This document shows positions 47,651 to 57,905 of a stretch of DNA of 64,000 bases, one piece after another; position 1 is the first letter of the stretch; every line of letters starts with the position of its first letter. The position numbers were made by a program, and so were the translations under genes. The notes beneath the pieces are model-generated. The model ran no database searches. It had not been told where the DNA came from and saw nothing but the letters and a program-made list of their open reading frames with translations. The stretch is from a virus, in IMG/VR virus record IMGVR_UViG_3300020469_000011, positions 82,511 to 146,510 of that record, one strand, 5' to 3'.

Positions 47651-48423
47651 AATTTACACCAATCCTTACAATATAAGTCAGAAGTATCATGAACTCCCTG
47701 TGCAAACCAATTTTTTGGAGCAATCACTTGTTTTGAATTTGATAACCAAGCACCCCACCAACTAAGAGAACTGTTCGCTAATATGTGATAATTACAAAGA
47801 GACATTAAATATAAACAGACATAGACATTTTTATCAATAAACATTATATTATCTTTTTGAAAAAGAGTCTGCTGTCTACACCAATCCAAATCATCAGAAA
47901 AAATAAAACATATTTTGTTCTTTGATTCAAGAATGTCTAATGCTTTTGAATAGTATTCAATAGAACAAACAGGAAGAACATTTTGAATATCAAGATAATC
48001 TGCTCTTCTAACATGAAGTGAAATTATATTTTCAGTATTAAATTTATATATGTCAAATTTTTCTTTAATTTTTTTATCAAAAGTAAAAATTTTTTTTAAG
48101 TCATTACTAATATGTTTAAAATATTTTTCAGTTTGAAAATATCCCTGTAAATTTACACTATCAGGACATCTTTCAAATAATTCTTTATCAAAATTAAAAT
48201 TTTTTTCTTGTATTGTGAAAACATTTTGAAAATTAAAAAAATCGGCTTGAATATCAAAACAATTATATATAGAACTTTTTAATGGATAATTTTTTCCAAA
48301 ATTTTGTTTTGATGGTATCATGATTTCATAATTATGATACTTAGCAATACCTAATAAAGATGAATATTGAAACATCTGATTACCAAGATGTCCAAAATTT
48401 CCAAGGTTGTTAAAAGAAATCAT
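47647..48423 (-). CDS. GT11 alpha-1,2-fucosyl/colitosyltransferase
   Basis: G.LGNQMFQY; GYFQTEKYF; HVRR.DY; FSDD..WC; ANSS.SWWGAWL. Confidence 0.9.
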   Translation of the reverse strand: MISFNNLGNFGHLGNQMFQYSSLLGIAKYHNYEIMIPSKQNFGKNYPLKSSIYNCFDIQADFFNFQNVFTIQEKNFNFDKELFERCPDSVNLQGYFQTEKYFKHISNDLKKIFTFDKKIKEKFDIYKFNTENIISLHVRRADYLDIQNVLPVCSIEYYSKALDILESKNKICFIFSDDLDWCRQQTLFQKDNIMFIDKNVYVCLYLMSLCNYHILANSSLSWWGAWLSNSKQVIAPKNWFAQGVHDTSDLYCKDWCKL

Positions 48424-49578
48424 TTAAATTTCAGATAATATTTTTCTTAAAACATCTAATTCTTCTTCTCCAACAAATTGATTATTTCCTATATATAGGC
48501 CATGCTCATGTAAAATATCAACATTTGAAACTTTTTTTGTGCTTTCAATTTTGTAATTTATGTATGGCTGCTTCAATAAATTTCCAGCAACTATAGGACG
48601 ATACTCAATTTTATTTTCTAAAAATTTATTAATTAAATTATTTTTAACTTCAGTATTTTTACATATGAAAGGTAAACAAAATGAACTATTTCTCATATTA
48701 TTTTTAAGAGTATGAAAATTATTATTATCATTAATTAATTTTACAAATTCTGAATATATTTTATTACGATTAATAATAAAACCATCAAGTTTTTTTAGTT
48801 GAGACAATCCTAAAATGGCAGATAATTCAGTATTCCGAAAATTATAACCATCAGTTACAAATAAAAAAGACTTTTCAATATTTGAATATTGATTTGCATA
48901 TTCATCAAATTTATCAGAAACTCTCGCTAAACCGTGTGACCGTTTGATTTTCATTAGATCGTATAAATTTGAATCGTTTGTAGAAATCATTCCTCCTTCA
49001 ATCGTGGTCATGTGGTGTCCAAAATAAAAACTAAAAGTTGCGCCTAAACTATCAGAACCAATTTTAGTATTATTTTCATCTAGACATCCATGTGATTCAC
49101 AAACATCATCAATAAAGATAGATTCTGTAAAAATTTCTTTATACTTTTTTATGTTTGCAGGAAATCCTAAAAGATGTGTTGTGAAAACTATTTTGATATC
49201 TGGATGTTTTTCTTTTATTAACAATAGCTCATCTTCATCAAAACTAAAATTATCAAAATTTATATCACAAAAAATTGGAGTAAGTCCTAATTGAAAAATG
49301 GGATTGATATTTGTTACCCAAGTACATGCAGGTAATAAAACTTTATCACCTTTTTTTAAATTATACTTTTCAATAATTGACGCTACTAATAAGAAATCAG
49401 CCGTACTACCAGAAGTTACAAATAATGAGTGTTTTGCCCCCAACCATTCAGACCATCTTGTTTCAAATTCTTCAACCTTAATTCCCTGAGTAAATCTATC
49501 AGAAGTTAAAATAAATTGTATGAGTTTAAACTTATCTAATAAAGTTATTGAGTTTTTCATTAAAGGCCAATTATACAT
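48424..49578 (-). CDS. GDP-4-keto-6-deoxymannose 3-dehydratase (ColD-like, DegT/DnrJ fold)
   Basis: DDVCESHG; TFSFYFGHHMTTIEGG with His in place of the PLP-binding Lys; RPIVAGN. Confidence 0.75.
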   Translation of the reverse strand: MYNWPLMKNSITLLDKFKLIQFILTSDRFTQGIKVEEFETRWSEWLGAKHSLFVTSGSTADFLLVASIIEKYNLKKGDKVLLPACTWVTNINPIFQLGLTPIFCDINFDNFSFDEDELLLIKEKHPDIKIVFTTHLLGFPANIKKYKEIFTESIFIDDVCESHGCLDENNTKIGSDSLGATFSFYFGHHMTTIEGGMISTNDSNLYDLMKIKRSHGLARVSDKFDEYANQYSNIEKSFLFVTDGYNFRNTELSAILGLSQLKKLDGFIINRNKIYSEFVKLINDNNNFHTLKNNMRNSSFCLPFICKNTEVKNNLINKFLENKIEYRPIVAGNLLKQPYINYKIESTKKVSNVDILHEHGLYIGNNQFVGEEELDVLRKILSEI

Positions 49579-50506
49579 AATTTATTCTCTTTTTATACCA
49601 TTCATAAGTTTGTGTAAGACCATCTTCAAATTTAGTTTTAGCTTTCCAACCAAAATTAGATAATTTACTTACATCAAGTAATTTTCTTGGCATTCCGTCT
49701 GGTTTGGTATGGTCCCAAATTACCGAACCTTCATATTCTATTATTGAACATAAAGTATACACTAGTTTTTTAATAGTTATATCTACACCTGTTCCTACAT
49801 TTATAATATCTGAATTTTCATAATTATTCATACAGAAAATACATGCTTCTGCTAAATCATCAACATATAAAAATTCTCTTTTGGCAGAGCCCGTACCCCA
49901 ACATACTATCTCTTTATATTTCTTTGTCTTAGCTTCATGAATCTTATTAATTAATGCAGGAATTACATGACCACTTTCTAAGCTAAAATTGTCATTTGGT
50001 CCATATATATTAGTAGGCATTAAACTTATAGTGTTAAATTCATATTGGTCTTTATATGATTTACACATTTGTATGCCAGCTATTTTTGCAATTGCATATG
50101 AATCATTAGTCTCTTCTAATTTGCCTGTAAGAAAATATTCTTCTTTAATTGGCTGTTCTGCTAATTTAGGATAGATACATGATGAGCCGAGAAAACAAAG
50201 TTTCTTAACACCACTTTGATATGCTTTATGAATTACATTTGTTTGTATACTTAAATTATCATATATAAATTCAGCTTTTTTAGAACTATTAGCCATTATT
50301 CCTCCAACTTTTGCTGCTGAAAGAAAAACATAATCAATTTTATAATTATCAAAAATATAATTTACACCTTCCTTTTCTCTCAAATCAAAATCTTTACTAC
50401 TAAATGTAAGTATATTTTTATAACCACTTTCTTTTAATTTTTTTACAATTGTTGATCCAACAAGACCGTTATGACCAGCAACGTAAATTTTAGATTTTTT
50501 TTCCAT
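49571..50506 (-). CDS. fcl: GDP-L-fucose synthase / GDP-colitose synthase (Fcl/ColC)
   Basis: AGHNGLVGS; AAKVGGI.AN; LGSSCIYP; YAIAK; MPTN.YGP.DNF; HVIP. Confidence 0.92.
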   Translation of the reverse strand: MEKKSKIYVAGHNGLVGSTIVKKLKESGYKNILTFSSKDFDLREKEGVNYIFDNYKIDYVFLSAAKVGGIMANSSKKAEFIYDNLSIQTNVIHKAYQSGVKKLCFLGSSCIYPKLAEQPIKEEYFLTGKLEETNDSYAIAKIAGIQMCKSYKDQYEFNTISLMPTNIYGPNDNFSLESGHVIPALINKIHEAKTKKYKEIVCWGTGSAKREFLYVDDLAEACIFCMNNYENSDIINVGTGVDITIKKLVYTLCSIIEYEGSVIWDHTKPDGMPRKLLDVSKLSNFGWKAKTKFEDGLTQTYEWYKKRINYV

Positions 50507-50510
50507 TTAT

Positions 50511-51224
50511 TTACACCGTGAATCCATAATTTTTATTAGTATATTTTTTTAAATAATCATTTTTTTCTATCCATTTAATCCACTCATAATCTGCTGTTTT
50601 ATTATATTCATCAAATGATGAATTTATTGAATTCATTTTTTTTCTTACACCTGACCTCATATGACTAATTGAAGTATTATCAAGAATAATATTTTTTAAT
50701 CCTAAAGAATTTGATATATTTGAACTAATAAAATCAACCCAACCATATTTGTGTGTTGGAATTGAAGGATGTAATTTTTTCAAAATTTCTACATTATAAA
50801 AAGGACAAATATTTTCAATAAAATAAACTTCACGATAATTTTCTCCTATCTTAAACATAACAGGATATGGACACCCATCATCAATAATTGATGAGTGTAT
50901 TATACCAGTATTTTTGTTAAAATGTTTTAAAGAAGATTCAATTAAATTGTTAGATATATTAAAAATATCGTTATTAAAAATACCAACAAATAAATTTTTA
51001 TCATCCTTATGTTTATCAATTATCCAATCATAAAAACCACCCACGTTTATATTTTTAATTCCTAAATTAATAGTGAACTCATTAGAAAAAGATTCTTCTA
51101 AAATGTCTGAATTTTCTAAAACATATAAATTATTTGTTTGTTTTTTTAAAGATTGAAAAACTAAACTTGTAAAATCTTTTGAATTGTGAGATAGTATATA
51201 AATTATATAATCATTTTTCTCCAT
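50511..51224 (-). CDS. Putative GT-A glycosyltransferase
   Basis: ILSHN..D; IFNND; YGWVD; H.RS; located in the sugar cluster. Confidence 0.55.
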   Translation of the reverse strand: MEKNDYIIYILSHNSKDFTSLVFQSLKKQTNNLYVLENSDILEESFSNEFTINLGIKNINVGGFYDWIIDKHKDDKNLFVGIFNNDIFNISNNLIESSLKHFNKNTGIIHSSIIDDGCPYPVMFKIGENYREVYFIENICPFYNVEILKKLHPSIPTHKYGWVDFISSNISNSLGLKNIILDNTSISHMRSGVRKKMNSINSSFDEYNKTADYEWIKWIEKNDYLKKYTNKNYGFTV

Positions 51225-52218
51225 AATACATTTCCTCCACTAACATATCAAAATCATATTCAGGATTCCACCCCAATGTCCATCTAGCTTTTTTTGAGTT
51301 ACCAAGTAAAGATTCTACTTCCGTTGGACGATAATATTTGATATCTACACTGACAAGAGTTTTACCAGATTTTTTATCATATCCATATTCAAACTCATGG
51401 TTTCCTGTCCATACTAAGTCATAGCCAGCAAGTTTTGAAACTCTTTCAACAAAATCTCGAACTGAATATTGCTTACCCGTAGCAATCACATAATCATCAG
51501 GAACGTCTTGCTGTAACATCAACCACATTGCTTTTACATAATCTTTTGCATGACCCCAATCACGTTTTGCATTTAAATTGCCAAGTTTTAAAATATCAAT
51601 TTTTCCTGTCTGAATATCGTGAAATCCATTAACAATTTTTTTTGTCACAAAAGTATTACCTCTTCTTGGTGATTCATGATTAAAAAGAATACCAGAACTT
51701 GCATGAATGCCATATGCTTCACGATAATTTTTAACAATCCAAAAGCCATATATTTTTGCTACTCCATAAGGAGAGCGAGGATAAAAAGGAGTTGTTTCTG
51801 TCTGAGGAGTTTCTTGAACTAAACCATATAGTTCAGAAGTTGAAGCTTGATAAAAACGAACTTTATTTTCTAAACCTAATGTTCGAATTGCTTCAAGAAA
51901 TCTCAAAGTTCCAAGACCATCAACTTCTCCGGTATAGTCTGGAATTTCAAAAGAAACTTTTACATGAGATTGTGCGGCTAAATTATATATTTCATCAGGT
52001 CTTGTTTTTTGTATGATATGTAAAAGACTTGAACCATCTGTCATATCACCAAAATGTAATGTTAAATTAGAATTGTTAAATAAATGATCAATTCTTTTAG
52101 TGTTAAAAGATGAAGACCTACGAATAATACCATGAACTTGATAACCTTTTTCAAGAAGTAATTCTGCTAGATAAGAGCCGTCTTGGCCTGTTATTCCACT
52201 TATTAATGCTGTTTTCAT
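51211..52218 (-). CDS. gmd: GDP-mannose 4,6-dehydratase
   Basis: [12 protein letters not shown]; LAAQSHV.VSF; QASTSELYG; PRSPYGVAK; [10 protein letters not shown]; RDWGHA.DY. Confidence 0.97.
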   Translation of the reverse strand: MKTALISGITGQDGSYLAELLLEKGYQVHGIIRRSSSFNTKRIDHLFNNSNLTLHFGDMTDGSSLLHIIQKTRPDEIYNLAAQSHVKVSFEIPDYTGEVDGLGTLRFLEAIRTLGLENKVRFYQASTSELYGLVQETPQTETTPFYPRSPYGVAKIYGFWIVKNYREAYGIHASSGILFNHESPRRGNTFVTKKIVNGFHDIQTGKIDILKLGNLNAKRDWGHAKDYVKAMWLMLQQDVPDDYVIATGKQYSVRDFVERVSKLAGYDLVWTGNHEFEYGYDKKSGKTLVSVDIKYYRPTEVESLLGNSKKARWTLGWNPEYDFDMLVEEMYYGEK

Positions 52219-52229
52219 AAAAAAAATAA

Positions 52230-53372
52230 TTAAGAGTTTAAAATATCACATATTCTCTGTGCTAAATTTCGAAACCACGGTTTATCATGACCTCTAGTAG
52301 TTTCAGCGGCTGTGCCTATACGAATACCGCTAGTTTCAACAAAAGACCTTGGATCGTTAGGCACTCCATTTTTATTTAAGGTAATATCATTTTCTTCTAA
52401 TAAATCGGCAGCTTGTCTACCGCTGTACTTTTTATCTATTAAATTTAATAAAACAATATGGCTATCAGTTCCTTTTGTTTGTACATGATATCCATTTTCA
52501 ATAAAAACTTTACACATTTCTTTTGCATTTTCAATTACATGTCTTATATAAAGTTTAAACTCATCAGTATCAGCTTCCATAAAAGCTTGTGCTTTTGCTG
52601 CAATCATATTCATTAAAGGACCTCCTTGTGTACCAGGAAAAATAGCACTGTTAATTTTCTTGGTAAATTTATCATCATTCCATAAAATAAATCCACCTCT
52701 AGGTCCTCTCAAAGTTTTATGCGTTGTGCTAGTGACTACATGTACCCATTCTGTAGGATTGGGATACCATCCACCAGCAATTAAACCACTATAATGTGCA
52801 ATGTCTGCCATTAAATAAGCATTATTATAGTCTGCAATATCTGCTAGTTCTGCCCAATTTATTCTTCTTGGATATGCACTAGCACCTGCAATGATCAATT
52901 TAGGTTTAACTTTTTTTGCTATTCTATGAATGTAGTCATAGTCTAACCAACCATCTTCATCTACACCATAATGATGAGCATTATATACTTTACCTGATAT
53001 ATTAAATTTAGCACCATGACTTAAATGTCCACCACTTGCCAAATCCATACCAAGTATAGTATCACCTGGATTTAAAAGTGCTTGATATGCTGCCGTATTT
53101 GAGTTTGCTCCACAATGCGGTTGTACATTAGCAAACTTACTTTCATATAACTTACATAAAGTATTGATAGCAAGTTCTTCTATTTCATCTATATGACTAC
53201 ATCCATTATAATATCTTTTTCCTGGGTATCCTTCTGCATACTTATTTGTAAATTCACTACCACATAGTTTCATTACGGCATCACTTGCAAAATTTTCACT
53301 TGCTATCAATTCAATCGTAGTCTCTTGTCTATCTAATTCTCTATCTAATATTTCTCTGATTTGTGTGTACAT
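52230..53372 (-). CDS. glyA: Serine hydroxymethyltransferase
   Basis: LIASEN; [13 protein letters not shown]; GGHLSHG; [12 protein letters not shown]; FPGTQGGP; SGIRIGT. Confidence 0.97.
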   Translation of the reverse strand: MYTQIREILDRELDRQETTIELIASENFASDAVMKLCGSEFTNKYAEGYPGKRYYNGCSHIDEIEELAINTLCKLYESKFANVQPHCGANSNTAAYQALLNPGDTILGMDLASGGHLSHGAKFNISGKVYNAHHYGVDEDGWLDYDYIHRIAKKVKPKLIIAGASAYPRRINWAELADIADYNNAYLMADIAHYSGLIAGGWYPNPTEWVHVVTSTTHKTLRGPRGGFILWNDDKFTKKINSAIFPGTQGGPLMNMIAAKAQAFMEADTDEFKLYIRHVIENAKEMCKVFIENGYHVQTKGTDSHIVLLNLIDKKYSGRQAADLLEENDITLNKNGVPNDPRSFVETSGIRIGTAAETTRGHDKPWFRNLAQRICDILNS

Positions 53373-53384
53373 AGAGTTTATTTT

Positions 53385-53897
53385 TTAAAAGTCTTGTATT
53401 ATTCTACTACCAGTTGCATCTTTTTGTTTATTGTATTTACCTTGATATGGAGTTTCTACTTTACTTGTTAATCTAACATAAATTAATTGACATATGCGTA
53501 ATCCTTCATACAAAACTATTTCCATACCACTTTGATTTTTTAATTCAAGTGTAATTTGTCCTTCAAATCCAGGATCAATAAAGCCTGCATTTTGCACCTG
53601 TAATCCCAATCTTCCAATAGAACTTCTTCCTTCTACATAAGCCGCCATATCTTCTGGTACTTTAATATATTCATTCGTTGAAGCCAATATAAATTCATTG
53701 GGATTCATTTTATATATATCGGATGTAAATTCATCATAATTTAATTTTTTTTCTGGATTTATAATTCCAATAACCGAAGTTAATTTAGCATAAGAAGGAG
53801 ATAGGGAAAGATCAACTGAAGAAGGACCAATATAACAGTTATCAGGAAAACATTTCTGTTCTCTAAGATTTTTCAAATCAATATCACTTAAAATCAT
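53385..53897 (-). CDS. dcd: dCTP deaminase
   Basis: P.SVDL.L; EGRSSIGRLGL; AGFIDPGFEGQITLE; ICQL; Y.GKY..Q. Confidence 0.93.
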   Translation of the reverse strand: MILSDIDLKNLREQKCFPDNCYIGPSSVDLSLSPSYAKLTSVIGIINPEKKLNYDEFTSDIYKMNPNEFILASTNEYIKVPEDMAAYVEGRSSIGRLGLQVQNAGFIDPGFEGQITLELKNQSGMEIVLYEGLRICQLIYVRLTSKVETPYQGKYNKQKDATGSRIIQDF

Positions 53898-53915
53898 TAT
53901 GAACCTTTTTAAATA

Positions 53916-54278
53916 TTAAACTCTAAACTCTTGTATTATATCTAATGCACATTGATAAGATGTAATGAAAAACTTTCTCTCAACATCTTCTTGAAGTGGA
54001 GGTTTTGTTATTTCACCAAAAGTTTTCCAATCAACTTCTTTTTCCCATTCAGTAGCAGCACACTCACATATTCGATAAAGCATATCATCAGTAAAAGAGG
54101 GTTTTAAACTACCATCTTTATTAATTTGATTGAAACACTCTGATATAAAATTTTGTTTTTCTTGATGCGGCCATTTATATTGTGTCGCTGCGGGAGTTGG
54201 TGTTGCACACATCGTTAATTGAAAAATCAAAAAAGACCAAACTGTTAGATTGCAGGTCAAAATTAAATACTTTTTCAT
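53916..54278 (-). CDS. Exported Cys-containing protein
   Basis: Hydrophobic N-terminus; F...C...C.C...C pattern. Confidence 0.55.
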   Translation of the reverse strand: MKKYLILTCNLTVWSFLIFQLTMCATPTPAATQYKWPHQEKQNFISECFNQINKDGSLKPSFTDDMLYRICECAATEWEKEVDWKTFGEITKPPLQEDVERKFFITSYQCALDIIQEFRV

Positions 54279-54284
54279 AATTAC

Positions 54285-54614
54285 TCACTTTTTTATTTTT
54301 ATAGAATTTACCATTAAGTAACTTAAATATACATTAAAATTATATATAGAACTGTTTATCAATGCCCATAACTTTTTAGGTATTTCGTTATCAGCAACCA
54401 TTTCGTCTAGCCGTGATTCTAATAATACAATATATGTTTCTACTATATCAAACGACTCTCTTTCAAAATTTTCACTTTTTATTTCGTTTAGTTTTTCACT
54501 AACATTACGAATATAATTATTCATCTCTTCATCTTGAATGGTTTTGTTTATAGCAAATTGAATATGATCCCACTTTTCTATTATATTATTTAACAACACT
54601 TCTTGTTCGGACAT
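54285..54614 (-). CDS. Hypothetical protein
   Basis: 109 aa ORF in the operon. Confidence 0.55.
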   Translation of the reverse strand: MSEQEVLLNNIIEKWDHIQFAINKTIQDEEMNNYIRNVSEKLNEIKSENFERESFDIVETYIVLLESRLDEMVADNEIPKKLWALINSSIYNFNVYLSYLMVNSIKIKK

Positions 54615-54676
54615 AAATAAACTCTTTAGATTATTATTTTTTTTATATCAATATTTACCTTATATAAAATGTAGTA

Positions 54677-55270
54677 TTAAACTAATGCTTCATAAAATGA
54701 AAGTTCTGACTTTTGCTCTTCTTCTTTACCTTTAAGATACCATTGAGGAGTTTCAGAATATTTCCACTCTGCAAAATGTTTTTCTTTTATATAGTATTTT
54801 CGATAAGAAGCTAATGAATCATTTGGAATCTTACAATATTCGGGCATTGCCGGTGTCGGTTCTGTAAATTCATTATTAAAAGAAATATTCATTGGTGGAG
54901 TATTAAGAGCATCTTTAAGTTTAAGAATTGAAAGATGTTTTTTGTTATACCTTTTTTCAAACTCTTGACCTAATGCTAGAAATAATTTATATAACCAATG
55001 ATAATTTTGAAGTGAATCACGAACCCAAATATTTGAAGGATGTTTTACATGACATGGACGATAATACTTATTTTCAAGTTCTCTATCTTTGAAAATCCAT
55101 GTAGTAAGTTTTCCACCATTTTTATTTTTGGTGATAATTTGTTGACCATCAAGAACACGATGAGCAGTACTCAATAACTGGGCATACTCAAGTATCATTT
55201 TAACACAATGTTTATCGCAATGGTCCTGAGCAGCCTTTGCAGGATCTCTATCAAGATAAAATATATTCAT
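54677..55270 (-). CDS. Pyrimidine-dimer DNA glycosylase-like (DenV-related) protein
   Basis: MNIFYLD.DP..AA..HCDKH.VKMILE.AQLLSTAH; HPS.IW.R; YR.YY..EK. Confidence 0.75.
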   Translation of the reverse strand: MNIFYLDRDPAKAAQDHCDKHCVKMILEYAQLLSTAHRVLDGQQIITKNKNGGKLTTWIFKDRELENKYYRPCHVKHPSNIWVRDSLQNYHWLYKLFLALGQEFEKRYNKKHLSILKLKDALNTPPMNISFNNEFTEPTPAMPEYCKIPNDSLASYRKYYIKEKHFAEWKYSETPQWYLKGKEEEQKSELSFYEALV

Positions 55271-55459
55271 AATAAATTTTTAATTTAGTAGATTTTAAAA
55301 TATAGATACAGTATAGAGGACAAATAAAATAGTTACTGTATCAACGCTTGATGATATACTGCTATAATCAATATATAAATCGTTTATCATACTATATCCA
55401 TTGTACTAAATCTTCATCAAATTCTTCTTCCGTCTCTTCTTCTATTTCTTCTTCCATTG

Positions 55460-55488
55460 ATCTTACCATTAGTAAATAAAAATGTCAA
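55460..55488 (-). promoter_or_regulatory. sigma70-type promoter for the leftward metabolic/glycosylation operon
   Basis: Minus strand TTGACA-17nt-TAAGAT with extended -10 TG. Confidence 0.7.
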
Positions 55489-55490
55489 GA

Positions 55491-55976
55491 CTAGAAAAAA
55501 ACTTTTCTTAAAAATATTATAAACTTAGAATTTTTAAATTTTCTTATCCAATAGCTTTTTAAATGTTCCCATTGATAGTGTTCATTTAATACACAATATT
55601 TATTTGGTTTTGGATCAATAGAAATTTTAGGCTTATAAACTATCCAGTTATTATCTTTATCACTCCAAACATAATTTTTACTATTATTAGGAATAGGGAG
55701 AGGAGCTTCCCAAGACCAAATGGATTCATTAAAGTTCCAATTTAAACTTGGTCTTGGTGGTACAAAAACATTTTTATGTTTTATTTTTGAATTTATAGAT
55801 TTTCTTATATAATAAAAACCTATACCTGGAAATACTTTTCCAATTTTTTGATTATATGAACATTCTATAAAATTATTAGGATTGCCAAATAATCCTGTTT
55901 TAATTTCTTTCTTGTCAATTACTAATACTTTTTCTACTTGGTTAGTATATGGATTGACGTAAGCATAGTGTGCCAT
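55491..55976 (-). CDS. Fibre-associated protein (MAHYA family)
   Basis: MAHYA.V....V..V.V; SYN.......PGIG; F.PP.P...W....W.WEAP...P. Confidence 0.65.
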   Translation of the reverse strand: MAHYAYVNPYTNQVEKVLVIDKKEIKTGLFGNPNNFIECSYNQKIGKVFPGIGFYYIRKSINSKIKHKNVFVPPRPSLNWNFNESIWSWEAPLPIPNNSKNYVWSDKDNNWIVYKPKISIDPKPNKYCVLNEHYQWEHLKSYWIRKFKNSKFIIFLRKVFF

Positions 55977-55988
55977 CAAACCTCATTA

Positions 55989-56330
55989 TTATTTCTTTAT
56001 CACCCACTTTTTAGTTTCTTCTTTCCAAACATAATTTTTTGTTGAAGATGGTTTTTTAACAGGAGCAACCCATCTTGCTCTAGGTATTTCATCATCATCT
56101 TCATACACATCCAAAACCCACGATAGAAAGGGTTTTGGAGAAATAAACATATCTAAATTTCTATCATACATATCATTGGGAGTTGCAAATTTATTTCTAA
56201 ATTTTGCATTATAAGATGTTTGAACAAATCTTAAAGGATCTCCCAACACTCCATTGTTTATAACATCAGGTTCGGCAGAGACTACACGTATCACTAAACC
56301 ATTTGGTTTAATTTCAGCAAAATGTGACAT
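55989..56330 (-). CDS. Fibre-associated protein (MSHFAE family), paralogue of the adjacent gene
   Basis: MSHFAEI...G.V.RV; QTSYN..FR..FA; D.FI.PKP..SW.L; W.APV..P; W.E....W. Confidence 0.7.
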   Translation of the reverse strand: MSHFAEIKPNGLVIRVVSAEPDVINNGVLGDPLRFVQTSYNAKFRNKFATPNDMYDRNLDMFISPKPFLSWVLDVYEDDDEIPRARWVAPVKKPSSTKNYVWKEETKKWVIKK

Positions 56331-56347
56331 AATACTAAACTCCTATA

Positions 56348-57556
56348 TTAATAATCTAAAAGCACTCTTAACATAACGAAACCAGATCCTCCATGATTTC
56401 CTTGAGTTAAATCTCTGTAAATTCTTGAATCCACTGTAGTGGGTACATGATGTGAACCTCCTGCTCCACTACCTGTATTTTTAGCTCCTGCACCACCTAA
56501 AAGTTCAAAAGAATCATATCCATTATTCCATCCACGTAATCCGCCTTTACCTTCTGTAAATGTTTGCATAGCCGTGTTTGCTGCTTGCTTATGTGCGGCT
56601 CCACCTCCTCCTCCTCCCTGACCCCCATCGCCAGGTTCTTTTTCTTGTGTTGCGGCTCCACCTCCACCTGCAGACCAATATAATTTAGAATTAACTTTAT
56701 ATATATTTTGAAAGACTTCATCAACCCATGCTAAATTTACTCCATCAGCGCCATTTCCTCCTTCATTATCTGTACTAGCTATTCCTGTTTGACCTGCTCC
56801 ACCACCTCCACCGCCATGATAAGTAGCTGGATCTCCATTATTGTATGTATTAACAAATGCGTCTGAATTTCCTCCGTTATTTCCGAATCTTTCTACTGTG
56901 CCAGAAAAAAATAATGCCGAATTTGATACTAAAGATGTTACTGAAGAATGAGATGTGTTTGCACCACCCGCAGCATAAGAATTATTTTGATTTTGTATTT
57001 GCCCGGATGTATCCAAATCGGCACCCCCTGCTCCTCCACCACAACCACCATCTGAAGGGTAAACATCTTCATTTCTATGACCTCCGGCTCCACCACCTAG
57101 AACAGTTATTACTTTACTAGCTGCAGAATCTCTAAAAGTAGATGAATTTCCTACTGATCCTCTTGCAGTATTTGCAGTTGCTGAAGCAGGAAAAGTATTT
57201 GATGTATTTGTTCCACCAGCACCGCCGGCACCCACTTCAATTACATATGAATCTGGTGTTAGAGTTGCACCTCTAATTGATATAACCTCTCCGCCTCCAG
57301 AACCTCCTGACACGTTTCCAATAGTGCTTCCACCTCCACCACCAACCATTAGAACATCTACAGTTCTATCTTTTTCAGTTACAAAAGTTCCGGATGAAAA
57401 ATAAGAAAATACAGCATATGTATTATTGGCAGTATCTGTGTATAAACGATATTCTGTATTTTCAGTTGCATATTTTCTAAGAGTTTGGTCTAAATACTTA
57501 GGACCAACTTGCACTAATTTATCTATAATGCGTGTAAGTTTTTTCGGCTCTGACAT
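56348..57556 (-). CDS. Glycine-rich virion/fibre protein
   Basis: F.SSGTF; D.L.VGGGG; G.GAGG; GGGGGAG; NTG.GAGG; G..GGSG.V..R. Confidence 0.8.
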   Translation of the reverse strand: MSEPKKLTRIIDKLVQVGPKYLDQTLRKYATENTEYRLYTDTANNTYAVFSYFSSGTFVTEKDRTVDVLMVGGGGGSTIGNVSGGSGGGEVISIRGATLTPDSYVIEVGAGGAGGTNTSNTFPASATANTARGSVGNSSTFRDSAASKVITVLGGGAGGHRNEDVYPSDGGCGGGAGGADLDTSGQIQNQNNSYAAGGANTSHSSVTSLVSNSALFFSGTVERFGNNGGNSDAFVNTYNNGDPATYHGGGGGGAGQTGIASTDNEGGNGADGVNLAWVDEVFQNIYKVNSKLYWSAGGGGAATQEKEPGDGGQGGGGGGAAHKQAANTAMQTFTEGKGGLRGWNNGYDSFELLGGAGAKNTGSGAGGSHHVPTTVDSRIYRDLTQGNHGGSGFVMLRVLLDY

Positions 57557-57593
57557 TAATTATTCTCCTGAAAATTATTTAAATTATTATATA

Positions 57594-57845
57594 TTATTTA
57601 TACACTGTTTTTCTTATTGAAAAAAGAAAATTATTAAGTTTTCTTAATACTTCACCATATTTTTCTATAAATTCTAGTTCTATTTCATCTTCAGTTTTCT
57701 TTGAACGCAATCTCTTATTTAACATGGTATAACTGCGAATTAAGAATATTTGAAATTTCTGAAAAGTTTCGTTATCCATACAGTTTATTTTTATTTTTTT
57801 ATTTATACCATCTCTGTCATATTTATCTTTTTTAAATATGAACAT
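57594..57845 (-). CDS. Hypothetical protein
   Basis: 83 aa ORF. Confidence 0.4.
   Translation of the reverse strand: MFIFKKDKYDRDGINKKIKINCMDNETFQKFQIFLIRSYTMLNKRLRSKKTEDEIELEFIEKYGEVLRKLNNFLFSIRKTVYK
57595..57602 (-). promoter_or_regulatory. T4-type late promoter
   Basis: TATAAATA on the minus strand about 40 nt upstream of the Gly-rich gene. Confidence 0.65.
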
Positions 57846-57905
57846 ATGATAAATACAAATTAATTATATCAAACAATAATTTTTCAATTTATAGGAACAC
57901 TTCTC

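Noticed and set aside
47647-48423. MISFNNLG start of the GT11 gene as another capsid-targeting leader
   Set aside because: It lacks the F-I/L-x-E cleavage end and is the normal first strand before the GT11 GxLGNQ motif.
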